A stretch of 54,892 nucleotides of DNA from a candidate division CPR3 bacterium GWF2_35_18 (GCA_001771135.1 MESW01000008.1:153630-208521); one strand, 5' to 3'. Numbered from the stretch's first letter, positions 18,058-27,228 are shown. Translations and numbers: made by a program. Notes: generated by a model from the sequence alone, not told the origin.

Positions 18058-19191
18058 ATGTTAGACACAATAAAAATAAACACAACAAAAGCAAAAGTAA
18101 TTGCACCTGTTACGGTCCAAGATATCTATGGTCAATACTATAGAGTAAGACCAAATGAATGGCCGTATATGCAAGCAAAAGAAAAACGATTTATACAATC
18201 AGGACCGTATATAGAAAACTATGGAATTTATTTTCCATCTTTGACTTTTCGTAAGTACAACGAGTTATTTCTTGAGTTTTCTGCTCCAAAGATTGTTTTT
18301 GATAATAACGTCGATGAGTTATCAAATGGAGATAAAACCCTGTTTCTTAATAATTTACATGAACGATTATTAACAATAGGTCTTGAAATTTCTATCGAAG
18401 ATCTCTGGAATAGTAATGTTTCTTTTGCTACCGTATCTAAAAACGTTGTTATCGATACTATTGGAGCATATGAGTTTATCGAGTTTACAAGGCGTCTTTG
18501 GTGGCGATGGCGTCATAGTTTGAAACTTGAAAATTACGAACATGACGGGGTTTGTATAAGAGAATTTAGTTCAACAACTGGTATAGGTATTTATGCTAAA
18601 GTTCCCTCTTTATCGGAAATTGTTAATCCTACAAAGATAGAATTAGAATTTATTGGTAGGCTACAAGATAACAATATTTTACGGTTTGAATATCGTATGC
18701 AGACGTATCAAAGGACACTAGCAAAGTATTCATGGGCAATAGGTTATCATCTAAATGAACTTAGATTAAAAGATATTTTCAGTAGTGAATTATCACAAAA
18801 GATTTTACTTTATGATCTTAATAAATCAATGTTTAGTAACGAGTTTAAGTATATTTCTATGAAATTGCCTACTATAAAAAGAATGTATGAATATCTATGG
18901 GACAAAAATCTTAAACCACAAGAAGAGTTTGCTGTAATAACGGCTTTTCGATTATGCAGTGATTTAGGTATAGAGAAAACTAGAGAGATTTTTGATAAAC
19001 GGTATAGTCAGAGTACTACTAAACGAGTATGGAAATTACTTGATAAAGCATTTACGGATTTTGCGTATCATGATTATGCTAAAATTAGAGATCAGATAAG
19101 TAGATCACTGAATAAATTCGAACCCATAAAAATATCTAATTCAATTTTCAATAACTATTCTAGAATAGATCAGTTAGGTTTACTTGTCTAA
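18058..19191 (+). CDS. Hypothetical protein, possibly a phage/plasmid replication initiator (gene II/X-like)
   Basis: The N-terminus MLDTIKI... and the FSAPKIVFDNNVDEL segment recall gene-II/X type Rep proteins. A candidate catalytic Tyr lies in GIGIYAK. This is motif recall only. Confidence 0.3.
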   Translation: MLDTIKINTTKAKVIAPVTVQDIYGQYYRVRPNEWPYMQAKEKRFIQSGPYIENYGIYFPSLTFRKYNELFLEFSAPKIVFDNNVDELSNGDKTLFLNNLHERLLTIGLEISIEDLWNSNVSFATVSKNVVIDTIGAYEFIEFTRRLWWRWRHSLKLENYEHDGVCIREFSSTTGIGIYAKVPSLSEIVNPTKIELEFIGRLQDNNILRFEYRMQTYQRTLAKYSWAIGYHLNELRLKDIFSSELSQKILLYDLNKSMFSNEFKYISMKLPTIKRMYEYLWDKNLKPQEEFAVITAFRLCSDLGIEKTREIFDKRYSQSTTKRVWKLLDKAFTDFAYHDYAKIRDQISRSLNKFEPIKISNSIFNNYSRIDQLGLLV

Positions 19192-19239
19192 AAATATATG
19201 GTGAAGTATGATGATTAATATACATAAATAATTATATAT

Positions 19240-21264
19240 ATGAAAACAAAACTATCACAAATTTTAAAAGACTCAGAATATAGTTTGAGTCTTTTTTCAG
19301 ATGACTTAATTCATGAGTTAGATTCGAAGATATTCTATAAGGATGAAAAACCATATATTAACTGCATTATTAGAGATAAAGAAATTCTATTAAAACCTGA
19401 AGAAATAGTAAGACAATTATTTACATCAAAATTAATTCATGATTATGGTTATCCTAAAGAACGTATTAAGTTTGAGCATTCTGTTAAATTTGGACGTGAA
19501 GTAAAATCGGCAGATATTGTAATATTCGATAAAGACCGTAGAACAGTAGAATATCTTATTGCTGAAATCAAAAAGCCAAAATTAATTGACGGAAAAGCTC
19601 AATTACGATCCTATTGCAATGCTACAGGAGCTCCTATTGCTGTATGGACTAATGGTGAGGATATTGCCTATTATAATCGTAAAGATCCTAATTACTTTGA
19701 AGATTTAACTGATATTCCAAGTGTAGATCAAAAACTAGAAGATTTGCTAACAGAATCATTTACCTATAGAGATCTTATTATTAACGATAAAATTCCCAAT
19801 AAAGGACTCTCACTAAAAGAAGTGGTCCAAGATATGGAAGATGAGGTCTTGGCTGGTGCAGGAGTTGATTCTTTTGAAGAAGTGTTCAAGCTTATTTTTA
19901 TCAAGCTATTTGATGAAAAAAAGAGAGAACATGACAAGAAAAGGTTATACAAGATTATTGAGAAAAAGCTTGGTGAAGTCACAATGTCTAATTATAAGGA
20001 TGTAAAAGAAGTTTTAAAGCAAGAAGATAATAGTCTTTATGAAGAATTGGAGTTTAGAAATAAAGGGCAGTCTGAAGGTGAATTGAAAAAGAAACTTCAA
20101 AGGCTATTTGATGAAGCAAAACAAGTATGGAAAGGAATATTTTCAGAAGATTCAACTATTCAATTAACACCCTCGCATCTTTCAATTTGCGTCTCAGCCT
20201 TACAAGATGTCAAATTAACTAATTCTAACCTAGATGTAATTGATGAAGCATTTGAATATCTAGTAAGTAAAACAGCAAAAGGTGAAAAGGGACAATATTT
20301 CACACCACGATATGTAATTGATATGTGTGTAAAAATGCTTAATCCTAAACCAGGTGAATACATGATTGATCCTGCCTCTGGTTCTTGTGGGTTTCCTGTT
20401 CATGTGATCTTCTGGTTACGTGAAAGAACAAAAAAACCGATAGAAGAGCTAAAAGATGACATTGCAAAGATATTTGGAATTGATTTTGATGAAAAAGCAG
20501 TCAGAATCGGTAGGACACTTAACATCATTGCAGGTGATGGTCATACCAATGTATTACACCTTAATACTTTAGATTATGAACGTTGGAATGAAACGGTTGA
20601 AAATATAGACTGGATGCTTACCTATGGAGAAGGCTTTAAAAGACTAGAAAAACTAAAAACAGAGAAAGATTCATATAAACAATTCCAGTTTGATATTCTA
20701 ATGGCAAATCCTCCTTTTGCTGGTGATATCAAGGAACCTCGTGTTCTACATAAATACAATGTAAGTTTTAACTCTCAAAACAAAGCAAAATCGGCTGTAG
20801 GACGCGATCTACTTTTCATTGAGAGGAATTTAGATTTTCTAAAACCTGGTGGTAGGATGGCAATAGTTTTGCCTCAAGGGCGTTTTAATAATACCAGCGA
20901 TAAGGAAATAAGAGCGTATATATCAGAAAAAGCTCGTATTTTAGCTGTTGTAGGACTTCATGGAAACACTTTTAAACCTCACACTGGGACCAAAACCAGC
21001 GTGTTATTTGTCCAAAAATGGGATGAGAAACTGTGTCCAAAAAAGAAAGATTATCCGATATTCTTTGCAGTATCAGAAAAAGGTGGAAAGGACAATTCAG
21101 GTGATTATGTTTACCTGAAAGATGAAGAAGGAAATAGAAAAATTGATAAGAAAGGTCATTTAATTGTAGAGCAAGATCTATTTAATCATAATGGCGAACT
21201 TCCTGATGGTGTAGCCGAGGCTTTTTGTGAATTTGCCAAAAAGGAAGGTTTAAGTTTTTCATAA
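19240..21264 (+). CDS. N6-adenine DNA methyltransferase (gamma class, HsdM/BcgIA-like) with an N-terminal HsdR_N-type PD-(D/E)XK domain
   Basis: AdoMet motif I DPASGSCGFPV precedes catalytic motif IV NPPFAG, giving the gamma order. The N-terminus PEEIVRQ...ADIVIFD...YLIAEIKKPK...QLRSY...WTNG matches the HSDR_N_2 nuclease-fold pattern (D...ExK). Confidence 0.85.
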   Translation: MKTKLSQILKDSEYSLSLFSDDLIHELDSKIFYKDEKPYINCIIRDKEILLKPEEIVRQLFTSKLIHDYGYPKERIKFEHSVKFGREVKSADIVIFDKDRRTVEYLIAEIKKPKLIDGKAQLRSYCNATGAPIAVWTNGEDIAYYNRKDPNYFEDLTDIPSVDQKLEDLLTESFTYRDLIINDKIPNKGLSLKEVVQDMEDEVLAGAGVDSFEEVFKLIFIKLFDEKKREHDKKRLYKIIEKKLGEVTMSNYKDVKEVLKQEDNSLYEELEFRNKGQSEGELKKKLQRLFDEAKQVWKGIFSEDSTIQLTPSHLSICVSALQDVKLTNSNLDVIDEAFEYLVSKTAKGEKGQYFTPRYVIDMCVKMLNPKPGEYMIDPASGSCGFPVHVIFWLRERTKKPIEELKDDIAKIFGIDFDEKAVRIGRTLNIIAGDGHTNVLHLNTLDYERWNETVENIDWMLTYGEGFKRLEKLKTEKDSYKQFQFDILMANPPFAGDIKEPRVLHKYNVSFNSQNKAKSAVGRDLLFIERNLDFLKPGGRMAIVLPQGRFNNTSDKEIRAYISEKARILAVVGLHGNTFKPHTGTKTSVLFVQKWDEKLCPKKKDYPIFFAVSEKGGKDNSGDYVYLKDEEGNRKIDKKGHLIVEQDLFNHNGELPDGVAEAFCEFAKKEGLSFS

Positions 21265-21273
21265 TAAAACAAT

Positions 21274-22653
21274 ATGCAATATTCAATAGTAAATTATAGC
21301 GAAATACTAAATCAGTCTGAAAATTTTAGGCTTGATGCTGAGTATTTTAAACCAGAATATTTGAAAGTTCATAACATTATTCAATCTGATTGGTCTATAC
21401 TGAACAATATTGCAAAAATTTCAGATGGAGACCATGCAAAATTTCCTGAAAATCAGAAAGAAAACGTACGATATCTGAGAGCAAAAGATTTGAAAGGAAA
21501 TACTATTTTAAATGATGACCCTGTTTATGTAAGTAACGACTACTTTTTAAAACAAAAAAGATCGTGGATTGAATCGGAAAATATTTTGTTATCCATAATG
21601 GGAAGCGTAGGAGAAATTGCAATAACTCCAGTTGATTTTCAAGTATGTATGGCAAACAGAGCAATTAGTATCATTAAGAAAATAAAAGAAAATCCTTACT
21701 ATATTTTCGTTTTTCTAATTACTATTTATGGTATTAACCAAATTGAAAGGTTACAAGCGGGAGGAGTGCAAGAAAGAATTAATTTGGATGACTTAAGAAA
21801 AATAAGAATACCAAAATTGAGTGACTCATTCGTATTAAAAATTCAAGAGTTAGCTTTAAAAAGGTTTAAGTTAATTGAAAAATCAAAATCTCTCTATACT
21901 GAGGCTGAAAACTTGCTTCTTTCCGAGCTTGGACTTGAAGATTGGAAGCCACAACACAAACTTTCATTTGTAAAAAACTTTTCCGATACAGTCGAAGCCG
22001 AACGGATTGACTCAGAGTATTTTCAACCGAAGTATGAGGAATTACTTAGAAAAATTAAAGAATATAAAAATGGTTTTAATACTCTTAAAAAAATAGTAAT
22101 GTTAAAAGATAAAAACTTTAATCCTGAAAATAAGGAAATTTATAAATATATAGAATTAACAAATATTTCTGATAATGGTGAGATAATAGGTTATACCGAA
22201 TCATTAGGACAAGATCTTCCTACAAGAGCAAGAAGAAAAGTTCAAAGTGATGATGTGATAGTATCTTCAATAGAAGGTTCTCTTGAAAGTGTGGCTTTGA
22301 TAAATGATAAACTGGATAATGCTTTGTGCTCCACTGGTTTTTATATTAATAGATCAAAAGAGATAAATTCGGAAACATTGCTTTGTTTTGTTAGAACTAT
22401 TGCAGGGCAATTACAACTTAAAAAGGGTTGTTCAGGAACTATCCTAACAGCGATAAATAAGCCCGAATATGAAGATATTTTAATTCCAAAGATAAGACCA
22501 AAAATTCAAGAACAAATCAAAGAAAAAATAAATGAAATGTACAAATCAAAACAAGAATCAAAAAACTTTCTTGAAAAAGCTAAAAGAGCGGTAGAAATTG
22601 CGATTGAGGAAAACGAAGATACTGCTATGAAATATCTAAGTACTAACGATTAA
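21274..22653 (+). CDS. Restriction-modification specificity subunit (HsdS-like, two target-recognition domains)
   Basis: Duplicated architecture: each half starts with a RLDAEYFKPEY / RIDSEYFQPKY motif, and conserved helical spacers follow each TRD. It lies 9 nt downstream of the methylase. Confidence 0.85.
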   Translation: MQYSIVNYSEILNQSENFRLDAEYFKPEYLKVHNIIQSDWSILNNIAKISDGDHAKFPENQKENVRYLRAKDLKGNTILNDDPVYVSNDYFLKQKRSWIESENILLSIMGSVGEIAITPVDFQVCMANRAISIIKKIKENPYYIFVFLITIYGINQIERLQAGGVQERINLDDLRKIRIPKLSDSFVLKIQELALKRFKLIEKSKSLYTEAENLLLSELGLEDWKPQHKLSFVKNFSDTVEAERIDSEYFQPKYEELLRKIKEYKNGFNTLKKIVMLKDKNFNPENKEIYKYIELTNISDNGEIIGYTESLGQDLPTRARRKVQSDDVIVSSIEGSLESVALINDKLDNALCSTGFYINRSKEINSETLLCFVRTIAGQLQLKKGCSGTILTAINKPEYEDILIPKIRPKIQEQIKEKINEMYKSKQESKNFLEKAKRAVEIAIEENEDTAMKYLSTND

Positions 22654-22663
22654 TTTAAATACT

Positions 22664-23707
22664 ATGAACCAAAATAAATTACAAAAAGCAATTGAACATT
22701 TCAAAAACTTATCTCAACAATCTACATTTTTAGAGGATGAAAAAGAACGGAAAGAACGGATTCTGTTTTATCAGGATAAACTGAATAAAGATATTTCAAA
22801 TATAGACTTTGAAGAGATGATTGCAAAGTTATGGGCAATGCGGATATGGGGCAACAAAGACTATATAATCCAAAAGATGATAAACGAAAATGGATTGAGA
22901 AAAATGGTCACTGTGTTCAAAAAGGCAAAAGATAGTAATGTAATTGTTTCTGATTTATATGAAGAGATGATTGGAAGTATTAAATACATGGGACCAAGTA
23001 TAGCTACCGAATTATTATGCTATTTTGTCCCTTACAAGGCTGGTATTTGGAATACTAGAGCTCGAGAAGCATTACTATGGTTAGAAATAAAAGATATTCC
23101 ATTAAAATATCGAATTAGTGGCGAAGAATACAAGCATTTTAATACTATCTTGGTATCAATATCACAGAAATTAAAAGAAAACGGTTTTGATGATGTTGAT
23201 TTATTGTTAGTTGATTACTTCTTATGGGAAATTACTGAAAAATTCGAAATAAGCGAAGAGATAAAATCATTACCTAAACAAGATATAAAAAATAAAAGTA
23301 GACATGACGAGCTCAGAGACAAAATTGCGATGATTGGTTCATGGTTAGGTTTTGAAATAGACACTGAAAGACAAATCGCTCATGGAGCAGTAATTGATAC
23401 CGTTTGGGAAGCAAAGATTGCTAATTTAGGTAAGGTTACTTACGTTTTTGAAGTACAAGATAAAGGTTCTATAGATAGTTTGATTCTAAACTTACAAAGA
23501 GCTCAATCTAACTCAACGGTCCAAAAGCTTATAGTGGTTTCAGATGAAGATCAGATTGAAAAAGTTAAAAAGGAAATTGGGACAATGCCAGAAACGTTTA
23601 GAAAAGCAACTAAATTTTGGACAGCAATCGATGTTGATAAAACTTATAATAATCTTGAGCAAGTCACAAACTCAATTTCTCAATTAAATCTAGTAGATGA
23701 AGCATAA
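22664..23707 (+). CDS. Hypothetical protein: N-terminal HhH-like region plus C-terminal nuclease-like (restriction-endonuclease-fold) motif
   Basis: It lies 10 nt downstream of hsdS. The C-terminus HDELRDKIAMIGSWLGFEI...VIDTVWEA...VTYVFEVQDKGSIDSLILNLQRA resembles endonuclease-fold modules (D ... E-x-Q/K). No Walker A motif and no helicase motifs. Confidence 0.45.
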   Translation: MNQNKLQKAIEHFKNLSQQSTFLEDEKERKERILFYQDKLNKDISNIDFEEMIAKLWAMRIWGNKDYIIQKMINENGLRKMVTVFKKAKDSNVIVSDLYEEMIGSIKYMGPSIATELLCYFVPYKAGIWNTRAREALLWLEIKDIPLKYRISGEEYKHFNTILVSISQKLKENGFDDVDLLLVDYFLWEITEKFEISEEIKSLPKQDIKNKSRHDELRDKIAMIGSWLGFEIDTERQIAHGAVIDTVWEAKIANLGKVTYVFEVQDKGSIDSLILNLQRAQSNSTVQKLIVVSDEDQIEKVKKEIGTMPETFRKATKFWTAIDVDKTYNNLEQVTNSISQLNLVDEA

Positions 23708-23884
23708 TAAACGTTCAAAAGTAATTCTGTAGACAAGTATTTTAAATTGTGATATACCATAATAATTAGTTAAATATGAAATACTATGGGTAATAATAAA
23801 ATATTACATATAGTTTATAAATATAAGCCAGTTCATTGGAAGGACTGGCGTTTTTAGTATAAATAGCTCATAAGGAGGTTTCGC

Positions 23885-24832
23885 ATGAAGAAAAAAGATG
23901 CTATCTTCTTCACCAGTTTTATTACTGTTTTAACTTTCGTTTTACTCTCTTTTTTAGAAACACCTGTTAATAAAGTTTTGGCTGAAGCAACTTCCTGGTT
24001 AAATACTGGAAATCATATGTATTCTAATGTATCGGGTTATGTCGGAATTGGAACGACAGCTCCAGGAGTAAAACTTCATGTGTATTCAGGTACTCCAGCC
24101 ACATTGTCTAGTGGTGGATATCTGATGATAGGTAATCAGGCTTCCTCAAATTTAATTATTGATAACAATGAGATTTCCGCCAGAAACAATGGAGTCCATT
24201 CTGATCTTTATCTTCAAGCATTAGGTTCAACCACTTCTGATACTATTATTAATCCTAACGGTGGATTAGTAGGTATTAGAACAAATGATCCTTTAACTAC
24301 GCTACATTTAGGAACAGGTGGACCTACTTTAAGATTAGGAGATGCTTCGGTAGCCGATGGTGGACAGATTGAATGGAGAACTACCTCTGCTAGACATTGG
24401 AATATTGATCAAAATAATGATACTTTAAGGTTCTTTACAGAGAATACTAGTGATGGCGTGGGAGTAGTCAGAATGGCTATAAGTGAGAATGGGAAGTTGG
24501 GATTAGGAATAGATACTCCAGGAACAACTCTTCATGTCTACAATGGTTCCCCAGCTACTCTGACAGGTGGAGGATACATTATGGTTGGAGATCAGGGAGC
24601 GGCTAACATTATTATTGATAACAATGAAATCTCAGCTCGAAATAATGGAAGTTATTCCGATTTGTATCTACAAGCATTAGGAACGAATAGAAATACAATT
24701 ATTAACCCTGGGAATGGAAAAATAGGATTGGGAACCACAGATCCCGACGAAAAATTAGAAGTAAATGGAAATATAAAATTAAATGGAAATATTGTTTCTG
24801 ATGGGAATATCTGTATAGGTAACTGTAATTAA
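23885..24832 (+). CDS. Secreted repeat protein (tail-fibre-like internal duplication)
   Basis: SD AAGGAGG and a signal or anchor sequence. It carries two ~90-aa repeats (about nt 24029-24300 and 24491-24760) sharing GIGTTAPGxKLHVY.G.PATL.GGGY.M.G.Q...N.IIDNNEISARNNG..SDLYLQALG. C-terminal Cys pair ICIGNC. Confidence 0.6.
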   Translation: MKKKDAIFFTSFITVLTFVLLSFLETPVNKVLAEATSWLNTGNHMYSNVSGYVGIGTTAPGVKLHVYSGTPATLSSGGYLMIGNQASSNLIIDNNEISARNNGVHSDLYLQALGSTTSDTIINPNGGLVGIRTNDPLTTLHLGTGGPTLRLGDASVADGGQIEWRTTSARHWNIDQNNDTLRFFTENTSDGVGVVRMAISENGKLGLGIDTPGTTLHVYNGSPATLTGGGYIMVGDQGAANIIIDNNEISARNNGSYSDLYLQALGTNRNTIINPGNGKIGLGTTDPDEKLEVNGNIKLNGNIVSDGNICIGNCN

Positions 24833-24846
24833 AGAAAGGAGGAAAT

Positions 24847-26034
24847 GTGAAAAAAATAAAAATATCCTTGTTTTTAATTATATTTGTTTCGATTTTATTC
24901 TCTAAGAATGCACTACAAGCTGAAACTATAGAAAATATATCAGAAAACGATTTTAAATTTGAAGTTATCTATAGAATAGAAAATATATTACCAGAAGAAT
25001 TAACAAAAGAAGTTGAAAATAAATTACAACATTGGAGTTTAAAGGCTCCTCAGAACAATAAATTTTTTATTACTAGTATTGACATTAAAAAAAATAACTG
25101 GGGTGTTTTATCAGCGACTACATTAGATTTAGATCAAATAAAAAACGCACAAGATTATCTAGATTCTACAAATACTTTTCTTGTTTTAGTTGTTCTAATT
25201 AATAATGAATGGAAAGTATCATATCCATCAGATAACGAATTACAAGAAATTTTAAATAATATACCAGATTCTGAACTTGATCCAAGTTTGAAAGATATAT
25301 TATTTATTAATAACCCTATTATACCTTCTAGCAAAATATTGTTAATGACTGACCAACTCTATTCAAACTATAAATTCCCTTGGAGTTATATAAATGATTG
25401 GAAATGGACAGGAAGTTATCCTACTGCTGGTTGGCATGATCCTAGTAATAACTCATTAGATTTTCAGACTTATGATGCAGAAGTTCCTACTGCTGGACAA
25501 AGTGCTTTGGCAGCTTCTAATGGTGTCATTGCATATAAATGCTCTGATTTCATTAGAGTTACAGTAACAGTAGGTGGTCAAAATGAGGAATGGCAATTGG
25601 CCCATTTTAATGCTACAGGATTAAGTTCACTTCAGAATATTACTCAGGGTCAAACTTTAGGTTCAGTCCTTACTGATCCAAGTAACCCACCTCCTGGTGG
25701 TTGTGGGTATGGTTCAGGTGCGCATCTTCATATGAACTTTCCAACAAAACCATTTATAATAGATAATATTGAATATACTCAGGATGATATACATTCTGGT
25801 GAAGCTTTACATTCCACTAATGGTTGTGTCCCTCCGTCTTCAGAAAATTGGATTATAACTACCGATTGTACATTAACAGGATCACATACTGCTCCCGCTA
25901 ATGTTACTGTTCAAAATAATTCATTATTAACAATTGAAAGTAATGCAAACTTGAATATTGACTTCATTAATTATAAACTCGAAGTAATTCATAATAGTGG
26001 CGTTTTAATAAAAAATGGAGGGAAAATAGAATAA
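24847..26034 (+). CDS. Secreted M23 (LytM)-like metallopeptidase domain protein
   Basis: GTG start preceded by AAGGAGG, and a signal peptide. The M23-like core is LAHFNATG...GQTLGSV...GSGAHLHMNF (HxH motif). The N-terminal HxxxD motif is not clearly conserved. Confidence 0.5.
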   Translation: MKKIKISLFLIIFVSILFSKNALQAETIENISENDFKFEVIYRIENILPEELTKEVENKLQHWSLKAPQNNKFFITSIDIKKNNWGVLSATTLDLDQIKNAQDYLDSTNTFLVLVVLINNEWKVSYPSDNELQEILNNIPDSELDPSLKDILFINNPIIPSSKILLMTDQLYSNYKFPWSYINDWKWTGSYPTAGWHDPSNNSLDFQTYDAEVPTAGQSALAASNGVIAYKCSDFIRVTVTVGGQNEEWQLAHFNATGLSSLQNITQGQTLGSVLTDPSNPPPGGCGYGSGAHLHMNFPTKPFIIDNIEYTQDDIHSGEALHSTNGCVPPSSENWIITTDCTLTGSHTAPANVTVQNNSLLTIESNANLNIDFINYKLEVIHNSGVLIKNGGKIE

Positions 26035-26054
26035 AATAATATTTTTAAATTAAA

Positions 26055-26732
26055 ATGGATAAAATTATAATAAAAAATAACTCTTTTGGAAATTCTAACG
26101 AAGAAATGAGTAAACCGCATAAGAAAAATAATTTTTTTATCTTAGCAATGGTATTAGTGCTTTCAATTGTAGCCATAATTTTAATATATCTCTGCTATAA
26201 GAATTATCAAAATATTATAAACAATAATCAACCCATGATAAATAGCAATCAATCTTCTAGCTCAAGCACCATAGATTCTTATAAAATGTATAATACTACT
26301 TTATCCGAATTTAAAAATGATGGATATAAACCTACCAAAAACATTGAAGCTAGCATACCTTTACATAGTGAGGCAACGAAAAGTGCTGATAATACTCAAG
26401 TTACAATACATAATAACGATTTTTCTTTAACTATTAAAACTATCTATGATAGAACAGGAGTATTCCTTGAAGAGAAATTAAACAAAGTTAAGTTATATAA
26501 TAACAATTTTGAAGGAACTCTATATAGAGTTTATTATAATAATGAGTATGTTTACTCAAATAAATATGGGGAATCTGATGAAAGTGGTTGTATAGGATAT
26601 GATCCAACTCCCGTAGCTTGTCTTCTTGATATGGTTGGTCCATTTATTATTACTTGTAATGAAAAGTCTAATCTGTCCTTAGAAGAATGTGATAAGATAG
26701 TTGAATCTTTAAAATATGAATTAATAAAATAA
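26055..26732 (+). CDS. Hypothetical membrane-anchored protein
   Basis: Single TM segment (FFILAMVLVLSIVAIILIYLCY), a Ser/Asn-rich linker and a Cys-containing ectodomain. No family recognised. Confidence 0.45.
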   Translation: MDKIIIKNNSFGNSNEEMSKPHKKNNFFILAMVLVLSIVAIILIYLCYKNYQNIINNNQPMINSNQSSSSSTIDSYKMYNTTLSEFKNDGYKPTKNIEASIPLHSEATKSADNTQVTIHNNDFSLTIKTIYDRTGVFLEEKLNKVKLYNNNFEGTLYRVYYNNEYVYSNKYGESDESGCIGYDPTPVACLLDMVGPFIITCNEKSNLSLEECDKIVESLKYELIK

Positions 26733-27228
26733 ATATATTTTACGATTAATATGTTGATATAACAACCATAACAAATTTGACCTTGACATAAAAAAGTAAA
26801 ACAATAAAATACAATTAATACTGATATTCCTACTCGACAACGAGCGGAAATCAAAAAACTGTAATATACTGCCCAATCAATTAGAGATTCCTAATTAGGC
26901 CGTATACCAGTTCTTTGGTTTCCGCTTTTTTGTTAGGTTAAGAATTTGACAAAATCTGAATACAATAAAAATAGAAGTAAAATATATATATAACAAACTA
27001 TTTATATGCAAGTAAAATGAAAATAGAACAATAAAAAAGTGACGGAGCTCCTTGCAAGAATAACTCCGTCACTAAGATCGAAGAAAGTCCACCTAAGTGG
27101 GCATCCTCTATATATAAAATATAGGAAGTCGGACAAAAAGTAAAGAAAAATATAGCTATTAGAAAATACAGCTATGAGGATAACACTTAGGATCTTCTAG
27201 CTGTATTTTTTATTAGGTAATAATAGAG

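Noticed and set aside
22664-23707. The 347-aa gene as a PrrC/RloC-type anticodon nuclease, because of its position after hsdS and the nearby tRNA-Lys.
   Set aside because: It has no Walker A/B or ABC-ATPase-like N-terminal domain, and no recognisable ACNase motif. Only the positional analogy remains, which is kept as a weak idea in the findings.
19240-23707. A classical Type I R-M system (hsdR-hsdM-hsdS).
   Set aside because: No SF2 helicase or translocase gene (DEAD/DEAH, motifs I-VI) is present here or anywhere in the window. The methylase N-terminus is HsdR_N-like rather than HsdM_N-like.
26552-26854. 100-aa minus-strand ORF spanning the end of the 225-aa gene and the intergenic DNA.
   Set aside because: It overlaps a better-supported plus-strand gene, has no RBS, and gives an AT-rich-derived Ile/Phe/Tyr-rich translation.
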